Under the pieces are notes generated by a model, which made no database searches, was not told the origin of the DNA, and was given only the letters and a program-made list of their open reading frames with translations. A stretch of DNA of 64,000 bases from Ascoidea asiatica JCM 7603 (Eukaryota > Fungi > Ascomycota), in the NCBI GenBank assembly GCA_001600695.1, contig BCKQ01000001.1, positions 2,028,615-2,092,614 of the forward strand, read 5' to 3'. Positions 12,516 to 24,807 of this stretch are shown in pieces. Positions within the stretch are counted from its first letter, which is position 1. The number at the start of each line of letters is the position of its first letter. The position numbers and the translations under genes were made by a program.

Positions 12516-14329
12516 GCTTATCACTGAAAATAAAACTAATATGAAACTGGAATTGGAATTGGGAAACTATTGGAATTCAAAAAGGGATATCAACGAACAA
12601 ACGAAAACAGAGGAAATTCGTAGTAAATTCAAAAATCAAAATTCAAATCTCAAAATCTCAAATTTTTAAAAAATATCAATAATTTAAAAATTTAATCTTT
12701 TTTTAAAGTGAAAATTGTTAAAGTGGTATTTTTGCTGTTTGTTTTTTTTAATTTTTATCTGGAAAACGGTGAAAAGTAAAGCATCCAACACTGTTGATGC
12801 TAGGCGGCTTCAGGTGGGTTGAAACCGTAAAAATAACACCAGCATTTACCTCTTTCTAAAACTTCAAACGCCCAGGCTGAAATTACCAAAGTTAACCAAG
12901 CCCAAAGGAAGACCAAAGTGACGAATCAATTGCGCAATTTCTGAATAAAACTTGGATAACAATAAATTACAGTAACTAATTTGCAACCTTACCAATCAGG
13001 TGTTTGCTGACAGATAAACGGATTATTGCAGAACCACACAGAACTATTGCATATTCTGAAAAAATTAAAAAGCAGTGCTCACAACCGCCGGGATCTTTAT
13101 TCTATTTAAGAATGCAATCTAAAATGTCTATTAGTTTTAACCCTAATTCCAGATTTCTAAATATTAAAATACTAAATCCTAAATAACGTATCTCACTGCA
13201 TACTATACTTCTATAAGTGAACTTTAGGATTTGTGCGGCTTCTGGGAAGATTTTATGTTGGTTTATCCACCGGAATACGGGGAAGTTCTATGTGTTGCAT
13301 AAATGGATTGTCATGTGATATTTCTTTAATTAGAGAAAATTATATCCGAGAGTGCCCAAAGCCGAAAAACTACAGTGGCAAATTTTTACCAGACGATGTA
13401 GCCAGCTTGTTAGAGAAAAGATAAGTCATAAGGTAATTTAGTCATATGACTTACAAGTCACAGGTAATGACCAAGCAAACCGGTGCTTTATGGAGCGGTT
13501 GCTTCCGTGGCAAATATAAATTTTTAAAGATTGAGAGTCGTTAAAGGAGTAAAATCAAAGTTACAATTATTCGTTACCCTCAGAATTCAATAGAAATTGG
13601 TTTAAAAGTTAACTTTTATTTGGTAAGCACATGTGACTTATTCTTTTTTGAGTAGAAAAGATGCTGGCTGGTTCTTCTTAAAACCAAATTCAGGGTAATC
13701 TCAGATAAGTGAGTTCAATGTTTAGCTTTTTTTTAGTGAGTTTAAGATATGAATAAAGTTGAGATATGAGGATATAAAGATATTTGTCATACATTTTGAA
13801 TAATAACTGATGATGAAACACGAAATAGTTCAATACTGATGATAATAATAGTAATAATAGTTAATATGGGGTAACATATATTTATTTACCTCTTTGATGA
13901 ATTGAATATTAATTGAATAATTTTAAATCAAAATTGCCACTAGAATATTCTGTTGATAATTGAATTGTTTTACTTAATATTAGAATTCTTAAGAATTATT
14001 ACTCTTTAAACAACTTACACACACATATTCATAATAGCCCACCTTAGAATCAAACGATGACTAGAATATTCTTTTAATTAAATATAGTAGTTAGTTAATA
14101 ATGAAATATAAATTATGAAATTAATATAAAATAGAGGTAATCACCTCCTTTTATTTACATATATTCAATTTAATTCTTCATCAATCAATTCAATTAATAT
14201 AATACAATATAATATATTCAAATTAAATCAATTCAATTCAATTTCAGTTAATCAATTAAACAAACAATTAAACAAACAATTAAAAAAACAAACAAACAAA
14301 CAAACAAATCAATAAATAATAAATTCAAA

Positions 14330-14578
14330 ATGGCAAGAACACAAAAATGGCAAATTAATTCAGCAGATGAAGCAAGATATTTTACAAAAACAGGACCAAT
14401 TAATCAAGATCCTAAAAAAATCAAAAAAAATGGTAATGGTAAATGTAATTGGGGTAATGAAGGTGATGAATTAGAAGATTTAATTGCACAAGGTGAATTA
14501 CCAGAATTTAGACCAAGAAGAGGTTCAAATCATATTCAAAATGAAAAAAAATTTGAAGATTTAGTTAGATTTCATTAA
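14330..14578 (+). CDS. STF2: Stf2/Tma10-family small hydrophilin
   Basis: MARTQKW...YFTKTG...KKNGNGKCNWG..GDE.EDL...RRGSN...EKKFE matches Stf2/Tma10. Good AAAATG context. Confidence 0.88.
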   Translation: MARTQKWQINSADEARYFTKTGPINQDPKKIKKNGNGKCNWGNEGDELEDLIAQGELPEFRPRRGSNHIQNEKKFEDLVRFH

Positions 14579-14862
14579 ACTTCATTAAATTTCATTCTCT
14601 TTCTTTTCTTTATTTTTTTTTTTTTATAACTAACAAATTCAACTTTCAATTCAAAAAAAAATATTAAAATGTTTATAGATTTTACTTATTTTATTTATTT
14701 TTACATAATTTACTTATTTTACATATCTTACATACTTTTTTTTAAAAATTTCATTAATTATTAGCTTATTTTTTTAGATTATTTGTATTAATATACAATT
14801 ATTCATATTATTATTTAATTATAAATATTAACTACTAACTATCAGAATTGTAATTAACTTAA

Positions 14863-15207
14863 TTATTTTTTATTTAAATCAGTTTTACTAATATCAGTTT
14901 TACCAATTTCGGTTTTACCTATCTCTGTTTTACCTACTTCAGTTTTACCAACTTCGGTTTTACCAACTTCGGTTTTACCAACTTCGGTTTTATCATTAAA
15001 ATTACAACCACCTTTTGAAGAATTTGAGTTTTTATCATTATTTGAACAAGTACAAGTTAAATTATTTTTAATTTCAGTTTTACCAAATTCATTTTTATTT
15101 GAAAATTTATTATTAATTGCACAATGATCACATTTACAATTACAATTACAATTTGAATTTGAATTTGAATTTGAATCAGATTTATTAGAATTACATGAAC
15201 AAACCAT
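14863..15207 (-). CDS. Small Cys-rich metallothionein-like protein with a C-terminal (G)KTE(V/I) pentapeptide array
   Basis: 10 Cys in CxC/CxCxCxCxxC patterns. Eight tandem 15-nt repeats differ mostly at synonymous positions. AAAAATGG start context and TATAAA about 190 nt upstream. Confidence 0.7.
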   Translation of the reverse strand: MVCSCNSNKSDSNSNSNSNCNCNCKCDHCAINNKFSNKNEFGKTEIKNNLTCTCSNNDKNSNSSKGGCNFNDKTEVGKTEVGKTEVGKTEVGKTEIGKTEIGKTDISKTDLNKK

Positions 15208-15747
15208 TTTTAAAAGATTTATATTAATTATATTATATTATATTATATTATATTATATTATATTATATTAAAGTATATATTATATTGAATTGAAAGTAAT
15301 TGACTTAAGTTGAATTGAATTGAAAGAATTGAATAAAAATAAAGAATTGAAAAGATTAGAATTTATTGAAATGAATTAAACGAGATATCATTCTAATTTA
15401 TATCATTTCATACACACCTTCTAAGAATAAAATTCATTTAATTACTCAATTTTACTATTAAAAGCATTAGACTAGTACTAGAAATTTATTCAAAATAGAA
15501 AGTCGAGAAAAAACATAAATCTGCTATAAGTGAACAAGCTGCTAGTAATAAGCAAGTAAGCAAGTAAGTAAGCAAGCAAGCAAGCAATCAAGCAAACAAA
15601 GATGCAGACAATTCAAATCCTCACTTCAGCAATGTAGCTTAAAGTGTAGCAAGAAGCGAGATTTGAAGTAATTTCAACTCCAGCGCTTAATTGATGTCTT
15701 TTGATTCCTTGCAGTTTGCCCCCCTGAATTTCCACCGGATTCTAGTT

Positions 15748-15814
15748 CTGTCTGCTCTGCTGTCTGCTCTGCTGTCTGCTCTGCTGTCTGCTCTGCTGTC
15801 AGTTCTGCTGTCTG
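15748..15814. repeat. 12-bp tandem repeat (CTGTCTGCTCTG) x4 plus degenerate units
   Basis: Read directly. Lies in the GC island between the divergent Cys-rich gene and PPZ1. Confidence 0.9.
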
Positions 15815-16931
15815 TGGTGCCCCTGCTGCTGTCAAAGGTTTCAGCGGCTATCCCTCCGCTGTTTCCAGTCTCTTCTCTTTTCCGTGCTCAGCCACAACCC
15901 ACAACCCTTAACCTAGCCACTTCTTTCCCAAATTCCCAAATTCCCAAATTCCCAAATCTAAGATACTTCCCTACTTACTGTATGTAACCTCGCTGTGTTA
16001 GTAGTTAAATCTAATTGTTATTCACCATCAAAACCAAATACAGCTTTATTTTGATGGGTTTCAATTATCCCCCATCCACACCAACATATTAATAACCACT
16101 CTTGACTCAATTCAATCATATTCATAGTCATAAGAAGACTAGTATTGGTATGATTATTACAAAAAAGTATTGAATTATTTAAAAAAATAAAAGATAATTA
16201 AAATCTTTCAACAAATTTCAATAAAAATCAACTAAAAAACTTTCAATTCTTTCAGTCTTCGTTCAATTTACCTCTTTCGGGGTTTAAACTATTTAATTTC
16301 TCTTTGACTTCACTCATAATTATAAATACATGTAAATTATTTATATTTCCTAAAAAATATTCTTAAAAAAAAAAAAGGTATTGTAAAAGTATATTTATAT
16401 TTTTTTATTTTTTATTTTTTATTTTTATCATCATTTTACACTAATAAAATTTTAAACTACTGTATCGTACTTAAATAATTCATTATTTTACTTTATTTTA
16501 TATATTCAATCATTTTTATATAGAAAATACAAATATAAAAAAAATTTATAAAAATTTATAAAAATTTATAAAAATTTATAAAAAATATATTCAAAATTCA
16601 AACGGTTTTAGCCTTCCTAATATCTTATATTCAATTTTACTTTTTATACTTACTGTATCAAAATTCTTATAAAATTTTCAATATTATATAAAAAAAAACT
16701 TGTAAATTTTATTTTTCTTTTCCTTTAAATATCACTAACACACTATTCATCAAAAATTATAACATTATCAACATACAATATACAATATACAATAAACCAT
16801 ATACCATATAAATATATATAATAAATACATATACAAATATAAACTAAAAATATATATCTTTATATATATATACTTTATGAATTATAATAATTTATACCAT
16901 AATATAATCATATTATTTCATTTATGATATA

Positions 16932-18263
16932 ATGGGTAATACTTCTTCAAAATCATCAAAATTTGATGGTTCAAAACCTCCATATTATAGATCTGAAACT
17001 TCTGCTTCTTCAAAATCTTCAAGATCTATAAAATCAAATAAATCAAATAAGTCAAATAAATCAAAAAAAAGTTTAAGAACTTTATTAAATAATTCATCTA
17101 CCCTTAATAATCAAAATATTATCAATAATAATAATATTACTACCACCACCAATAACAACAATAATCAACTGGATAATGAATCTTCTTTATTCATGACTGC
17201 TCAAAATTCTCCAAGTACTTTAATTCCTCAAACTCCTCCAGTTATATCAAGACTTAGTTCCTATAATCTATCAACTTCAAATAACAACAACAATAGCAAT
17301 AACAATAATAATAACACTATTAGTAATAATGATAAATCAGGTAGTAATCTAATCGAATTATTAAATTCTAAAATTAATAATTTGAATAACAATAACAATA
17401 ATGAGTCAAGTAATAATATTAAAAATCCTATTGATATTAATGATAAACTTGAAGATTTTGATAATTTTACTAATAACCATAATAATATTTCAAATAATAA
17501 TAAAGATATAAAGAACATTGAAAAAATTATTGATTCAAATACAATTAAGAATAAAAATAAAAATAAAAATAATAACATAAATAAGAATAAAAATAAATTA
17601 AAAACAAAAAAAGATAAAAAAAAACTTTTACCTCCTTCTATGTTATTAGTTGAACCAAAAGATCCAATTTTAATGAAAAGAGATTCAAATTCAATTCCTA
17701 TAAATACAGATAACAACAACAACAGCAATAATAATAATAATAATAATAATGATAATAATTTTAATAATAGCTATTTTGGTGAAATTAGTGATTTAAATTA
17801 TTTAACCGCCAATATAAATAATGATAATCAATCTGATTCTAAATCAAATACTAAATCTAATAGTAGATCAAATAGTAGATCAAATAGTTTTATAAGTCTG
17901 AATAATTCAACAAATGATCTTAATTTATCAAATGTAAATATATCTAAATTATCCCTAAATTCAAATAATAGTTCTTCCAGTATTAACATTAATAATAGTC
18001 ATCATCATCACCATCATCATCATAATCATAACCATAATAATAATAATGATAATAATTACAATAATAATACTAATAATAAAAATCATCTTAATCTTTCACT
18101 GAATACAAGATCAAGATCTGGTTCAACTTCATTTTCCTCAATTTCTTCAACTTTACCTGGAACTCCATTATCTCCATCTTTAGCTGTTACAAATTTATCA
18201 TCAAATCCAAATAGTAATATTATAACTCATATAACTGCAATAAGTAGTGATGATTTAACTTTA

Positions 18264-18294
<31 letters not shown>

Positions 18295-19949
18295 TTAATA
18301 TCAATGATGGTAATAATAATAATAATAATAATATTTCAAACTCATTTTTCAATCATAATTCAAATTCAAATTCAAATTCAAACTCAAATTCAAATAACAA
18401 TTCAACTTCTGACTTATATTTAAATCCAAATTCCAGTACTAATAATTCCAATAATCATGTTTCACCGTTATCAACTATAACTTTAGATCTTGAAGATATA
18501 ATTCAAAAATTATTAGATGCAGGTTATTCTGGTAAAAGAAGTAAATCAGTTTGTTTAAAAAATTCAGAAATTCAAGTAATTTGTTCAACTGCAAGAGAAA
18601 TTTTTTTAACTCAACCAACTTTATTAGAATTAAGTCCTCCAGTTAAAATTGTTGGTGATGTTCATGGTCAATATCCTGATTTAATTAGAATGTTTACAAA
18701 ATGTGGATTTCCACCAGCTTCAAATTATTTATTTTTAGGTGATTATGTTGATAGAGGTAAACAAAGTTTAGAAACTGCTTTATTATTATTATGTTATAAA
18801 ATTAAATATCCAGAAAATTTTTTTTTATTAAGAGGTAATCATGAATGTGCAAGTGTTACAAAAGTTTATGGATTTTTTGATGAATGTAAAAGAAGATGTA
18901 ATATTAAAACTTGGAAATCTTTTATTGATACATTTAATACATTACCAATTGCAGCAGTTGTTGCAAATAAAATATTTTGTGTTCATGGTGGATTATCACC
19001 AGTTTTAAATTCAATGGATGAAATTCGAAATATTTCAAGACCAACAGATGTACCAGATTATGGATTATTAAGTGATTTATTATGGTCAGATCCATCAGAT
19101 ACAATTAATGAATGGGAAGATAATGAAAGAGGTGTAAGTTATTGTTTTTCAAAAATGGCAATTAATAAATTTTTACAAAAATTTAATTTTGATTTAGTTT
19201 GTAGAGCGCATATGGTTGTTGAAGATGGATATGAATTTTTTAATGATAGAACTTTAGTTACAGTTTTTAGTGCACCAAATTATTGTGGAGAATTTGATAA
19301 TTGGGGAGCAGTTATGGGAGTTAGTGAAGAATTATTATGTAGTTTTGAATTATTAGATCCATTAGATTCAATTGGATTAAAAAAATTAATGAAACAAGGT
19401 AAACAAGAAAGAAAAATTGCTAATGAACTTCAAATGGAAGTTGAATCTGAAAGATTTGAATCTGAAAATATTGAATCTTCTAAATATAATTTAAATTCAA
19501 ATAATGATTTTAATAATTTTCCTCAAGATAATTCAAATTTAAATTCAAATTCAAATTTAAATTATAAGTCTGATATTAAATATAATGGAAAAATAAATGG
19601 GAAATTTAATGGAAAGTTTATTGAAAAATCCAATGAAAATTCTAATGAAAACTTTAATGATAAATATAATGACAACTTTAACGATAATTCTAATGAAAAA
19701 GATTCAAATGATAAATCAAATAATAATTTAAATGAGCATAAATCCAAGCATGAATTAAATGAACATAAATCAAAGCATAAATCCAAGAATGAACGAAATA
19801 ATAAATTGAATATTAATAATCAATCATCATCATCAAATAAATTAACAAATTTGAATATCAAAAATAATTGTGATTCTAATGAAATTTTAAATAATTTTAA
19901 TCATGGAAAAAAACTTAAGAATAAAAATAGAGATAGACAGATTAATTAA
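16932..19949 (+). CDS. PPZ1: Ser/Thr protein phosphatase Z (PPP family)
   Basis: MGNTSSK myristoylation start and long Asn/Ser-rich N-terminus. Catalytic motifs [33 protein letters not shown] and SAPNYCGEF. Ppz-typical [12 protein letters not shown]. Confidence 0.95.
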
Positions 19950-21210
19950 AATGATATTTTGTTAATATTAAATTATATTATTATAATAACTGTAGCTTTA
20001 TTCAAAGAAACTTTAAAAAAATTGAATTGGAAAATTGAATTTCCTTCTCAATTTTTTTTAGTTTTTTCAATTTTATTTTCAAAATCTTTTTATATTTTTT
20101 TTTTTTTTAGAAAAATTCCTATTTTTTAAATTTTTTTAAATTCAATTATTTTCTTGCATTAAAAAAATAAAAAAAAAAAATGGCCTCAATTAAGCTTTGT
20201 AATAATGATATATTCATAAAGCGAATTATGTTATAAAAACTTGCCAAAAGGCTCTACATTAACAAAATTATTTGCAATACTATTATTACTTTTATAATTT
20301 TTTTTTCTCTTATTTTTATGAATAAGTATATCTATATTGTTGTGTTTTATTATTTATTTCAAATTTTTTCTCACATTTTTTGTTTTTTCATTTTCATTTT
20401 CATTTGTATTGTTGAGTTTATTAGTTACTATTTTGTAATGATTTATATAATAATTTTTCTATTTTTAGTGTTTTTTTTTTGTCTGTTGTATCAATCTTAT
20501 GACTATAATGATAATATTAATGATAATAATAATAATAATTACAATAATAAATCAAATAACGAATATTTTTCTTTTTTTTCTAAGAAAAAAATAAAATTAA
20601 AAAAAAAAACAAAAAGAAGGTATATTTGGAAAATAAAAAAAAAGCAAGATGTACAAGATGAGTCCATAATCTTGGTTCTTCTTTTTTTTTTCTGCACTTA
20701 AAGCAGGGATTCCTAATATTTTGGCATTTTTACTTAAAAGTGCCTACAGCCACTGAGAATGATAAACTCGTTAACCCCTATTATTTTGAAAACCCATACG
20801 ATCTGAAAACAACAGAGCCTGATTGGCCAGAAGTTCCTTTTTTGCATGTGCTCTTGCGGCAGACAATACCATGGACGTTCTTGGAAGCTTCCATGGAACA
20901 CCAATTACGTGTTCGTAAGCAGGCTTCTGCTTTTTTTAGTTCACGTGAGCAGCATTCACCACATTTCCCAAATGGTATTATTCTATCTTGTTCAAGTTTG
21001 TCTGCGCATCAGCCTCCAAAATAGTTTCTCATTAAAGAGATTCCAGATAGCGTATGTGGCGTTAAATATTTATTTTCAGCAATGGAGATAAAACAGACCA
21101 ATCAGGAACGGGATAGCGAGCCCTTGAACGCCGGTCGACTGCCAGACCTGGCGCTAGCGCTGAGGGGCTGCTGTGGAAGCTCGGAGCCACAGACCGCCTT
21201 CTGGTTTTAA

Positions 21211-21280
21211 TTCTTCATGGTTCTTTCAGATTCTTTTTTATTCTTTCTGATTCTTTCTGATTCTTTCTGATTCTTTCGAC
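21211..21280. promoter_or_regulatory. 10-bp-period TTC array (TTCTTTCTGA-like x7), candidate step-type heat-shock element
   Basis: TTC at 21211, 21221, 21231, 21241, 21251, 21261 and 21271, about 750-820 nt upstream of a DnaJ gene. Confidence 0.45.
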
Positions 21281-22027
21281 GTGATTGTTTTTGGTTTCTT
21301 AGAGAATTGCTTGTAATTGCTTGTAGTAAATTTCTTTTATCTTTTTATCGGCGTTATCTTCACTGACTGCTTACCACATTTTACATTTTATCTGTTTCCA
21401 TCGTTTTTGGGTGCAACACTGGCGATATTCCACTGATATTTAATGAAAAGTGATGCGCTACTTCATCAAGCTATTTTGCTGATTTAGAACAGGAGAGTAG
21501 GTTCTATTTAATACAATATTATTATTATATTATTATTATATTCAATTATATTCAAATAGAAAATCTATTATTCTTAAGAAAATATATATATAATATATTA
21601 TATCCATACTCACTTACTTACCTTCGTAACATAATTCAAATTATCACTCTTCTATCTGATAATGAAAGAACTAATCATGTTTATATGATATACAATGAAA
21701 ACAAACCATTTATTATTATTCTCTCTGATTTGAATATATCTACTCACTTACTATATTATATTTCTTTAACTTCATATTAAACAATTCTTTCTCTTAATCA
21801 CTCTTAGCTTTTTTTGTTGTTGATATTGATAGAAAGCTAAATAAACAAATTTCTAATTCTCTAAAATTTTTGTCTTTTTTTCCCATTTTTTGCTTTTAGT
21901 TTTAGTTTATATTTACATTTCTTCTTAAGAAAATAAATCTCCAAATTTTTTATTATTTCATTTATTACAAAAATTTTTTAAAAATAACTTGTTAATGATA
22001 TATATTTATATCTTCAATTAATTAATA

Positions 22028-22596
22028 ATGGTCAAAGAAACTAATTTGTATTCAATTCTTGGTTTAAAAATTGATGCAAATGATGAACAAATTAAAAAAG
22101 CTTATAGATTATCTGCTTTAAAATATCATCCTGATAAAATTAAAAATCATGATTTATTAAAATCAAATACTGAAAAATTTAAAAATATTTCAAAAGCTTA
22201 TAATATCTTAAAAAATAAAAATAAAAGAAAAATTTATGATAATTTTGGTGAAGAAGCTTTAGAAAATTATGAATTTGAAGAAAATTCAGAATTTAATATT
22301 CAATCTCAATTTCAAAATCAAAATAAACCTCAAAATAATAATCAAAATAATAATCAAAATAATTGTCATAATCAGAATAATTTTCCTAATCAAAACAGTT
22401 TTTATAATCAAAAAAATCAATCTAATGAATTCAATAACTTTAATAACTTTAATAATATAAGTAATAATTTCACTAATTTCACAAATACAATCGATCAACT
22501 TTTTAATAATATGTCTAATTTCGATAAATCTTTTAACTCTTCATTTAATACTAATTTTAATACTAATACTACTTCAACTTCTTCAACTTCTTCAAC

Positions 22597-22660
<64 letters not shown>

Positions 22661-24280
22661 TTTAATGATTTTAATGATTTTAATAACCTATTCAATGATT
22701 CAATTCCTGATCCTTTAAGTTCTTTTACTTCTACAAATTCCTTCAACTCTTTCAACTCTTTTTCTAATCTAAATTCCTTAACTAATTCTTTTTTCAATAA
22801 TATAAATTCTTTCAATCCTTTTGAAAATTCTAACATTAACAATAATTCAAATAACATCAATATTAATGATAATAAAAATAATAAAAATAATATTAATAAA
22901 GATCAAAATGTTTTTGATTTTGATATAAATAACTTATTTTCATCTTCTACAACAACTACTACAACTTCAAATAAAACAACAACAAATAATATTAATATAA
23001 CTACAACTACAACTAATAATAATAATATTAGTGTGAATAACAATAATAAAAGTTTTAACAATAAAAATAATATTAAACATACTTTAAAATGTACTTTGAA
23101 AGATTTATATAATGGTAAAACAACAAAATTAGTTTTAAATAGAAATATAATATGTATGAATTGTAAAGGTCTTGGTTATAAACAAATTTATAATTGTCAA
23201 TGTTGTCAAGGTAAAGGAGTTTATTACAATAATAATAATAATAATAACAACGTAATCAAAAATTCATTTAAAAATTCAAAAATTAATTGTAAAAATTGTA
23301 ATGGTATTGGTTATAATTTTCTTAAAAAAGATTTATGTAATAATTGTAAAGGTTTTAAATTTATAAAAGAAAAAAAAATTTTAAATATTAATTTACCACC
23401 AGGTTCTAAAAATGGTGATTCAATAATATTTAAAAATGAAGGTGATTTATTAAATTTAAATTCATTACGTGGTGATGTAATTTTATCAATTTTAGAATTA
23501 AATGATAATAAATTTATTAGAAAAAAAAATGATTTAATAATGAAACAAAAAATTAATTTAATTACAGCTTTATGTGGTGGATTTTTTGAATTTAAATTTT
23601 TAAATAATAAATTTATAAAAATTGAAATAAAATCTGGTGAAATTATAAAGCCAGGTTCAATAAAAGTTATTGAAAATTATGGTATGCCAATTCTTGAATC
23701 AAATAAAGATAATAAAAAATTTGGTGATTTATTTATTGAATTTGAAATTTTATTTCCAAATAAAGGTGATTTAAGTGATTTTAATTTAAAAGAATTAGCT
23801 AATAATTTACCAAAACAAGTATTAAATGAATATAATGAAGAAGAAAAAGATGATGATTATGATGAAGGAGATGAAGAGAATCAAAGAAATTTAATTGAAA
23901 ATAATAATGAAATATTATTAAAAGATTTAGATCCATATATATTAAAAGAAAATAATAATTTTAAAAATAATAATTTTGAAAATAATAATTTTTTTAAATT
24001 TCTTGACAATAAAGATATAAATGATAAAAAACCAAATAATAAATTTTCAATACCGATACCAATTCCAATACCTGTTCCAGTTTCAATTGATATAAACAAA
24101 AAGGAAGAAAATGAATTTGAATTAAATCATTCTAAAAGTGAAAATGGAAATAATTATTCTTTAAAAGATGAATTAAAAAACAATGAAGAATATGGATTTA
24201 ATAATATTAATAATTCACAATATATGCAATTTAAGGAATATAAAGAATATAACCAATATAAACAATATCAAAATGTATAA
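22028..24280 (+). CDS. Type I (class A) DnaJ/Hsp40 co-chaperone, Apj1/Ydj1-like
   Basis: J domain with YHPDK, four CxxCxGxG-type Zn motifs, C-terminal domain (GDVIL, ALCGG, GMP, GDLFIEFEILFP). No C-terminal CaaX. Confidence 0.9.
22598..22660 (+). repeat. (AAT)n microsatellite encoding poly-Asn, representative of many in the window
   Basis: About 21 uninterrupted AAT units inside the DnaJ CDS. Similar tracts occur in PPZ1, ATG32, RSC2, DSF2, the LRR gene and intergenic DNA. Confidence 0.9.
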
Positions 24281-24807
24281 GTATAATAATATTATCTTAT
24301 CTTAATTTTTATTTGAATTGTATTTTTAATATTCAATTTATAAATTTATATTCATTTTTTCAAATTATAGAAGTTTATTACTTTTCTTTTCTTAGTTTCG
24401 AATTTATTAATTTGTCTTATATTAAAATTATCTATATTTTACCTTTCATGATTTATGTTTTATGTCATTGCTTTTTTTTCTTTTTTCAGTTTTTTTCATT
24501 ATTTCTCATAATTTTTACTACTCGTTTTGTTTTTAGATATTATTTTGGATATACAGTATTTCATTTTTGGTTTTTTTTCTATTTTCTCTATTATTTTCAA
24601 TAATGTTTTCTTATTGGTTTTTTATGTACTTTATTATATTCTCTTCAACATTTTATTTTTTAATTATGGATGTTATGTCTTCCAGTTTGTTAGATTTTAT
24701 TAATAAAATATTCTTTATTGATGGAATATTATTATTCTTCAAAAAATTAATTTGTGATTAAAAAGTAGTAAAAGGAAGCATTATTGTGTTATCCTATAAC
24801 CTTTAGT

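Noticed and set aside
14834-14846. TACTAAC...CAG branch-point/3' splice-like sequence after STF2; other TACTAAC hits on the minus strand near 5085 and 12301
   Set aside because: No convincing GTATGT/GTAAGT donor at a suitable distance, and the adjacent ORFs are complete without splicing.
14875-14992. KTEVG repeats as a pheromone or RiPP precursor, or as a CRISPR-like array
   Set aside because: No signal peptide, no Kex2 KR sites, no neighbouring modifying enzymes and no unique spacers.
15691-15987. 98-aa ORF with LSAL repeats
   Set aside because: It is the translation of the 12-bp promoter repeat, with codon usage unlike real genes in the window.
21607-21630. ACTTACCTT resembling the U1 snRNA 5' end
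   Set aside because: No downstream U1 stem-loops or Sm site. It is part of a CTTA microsatellite.
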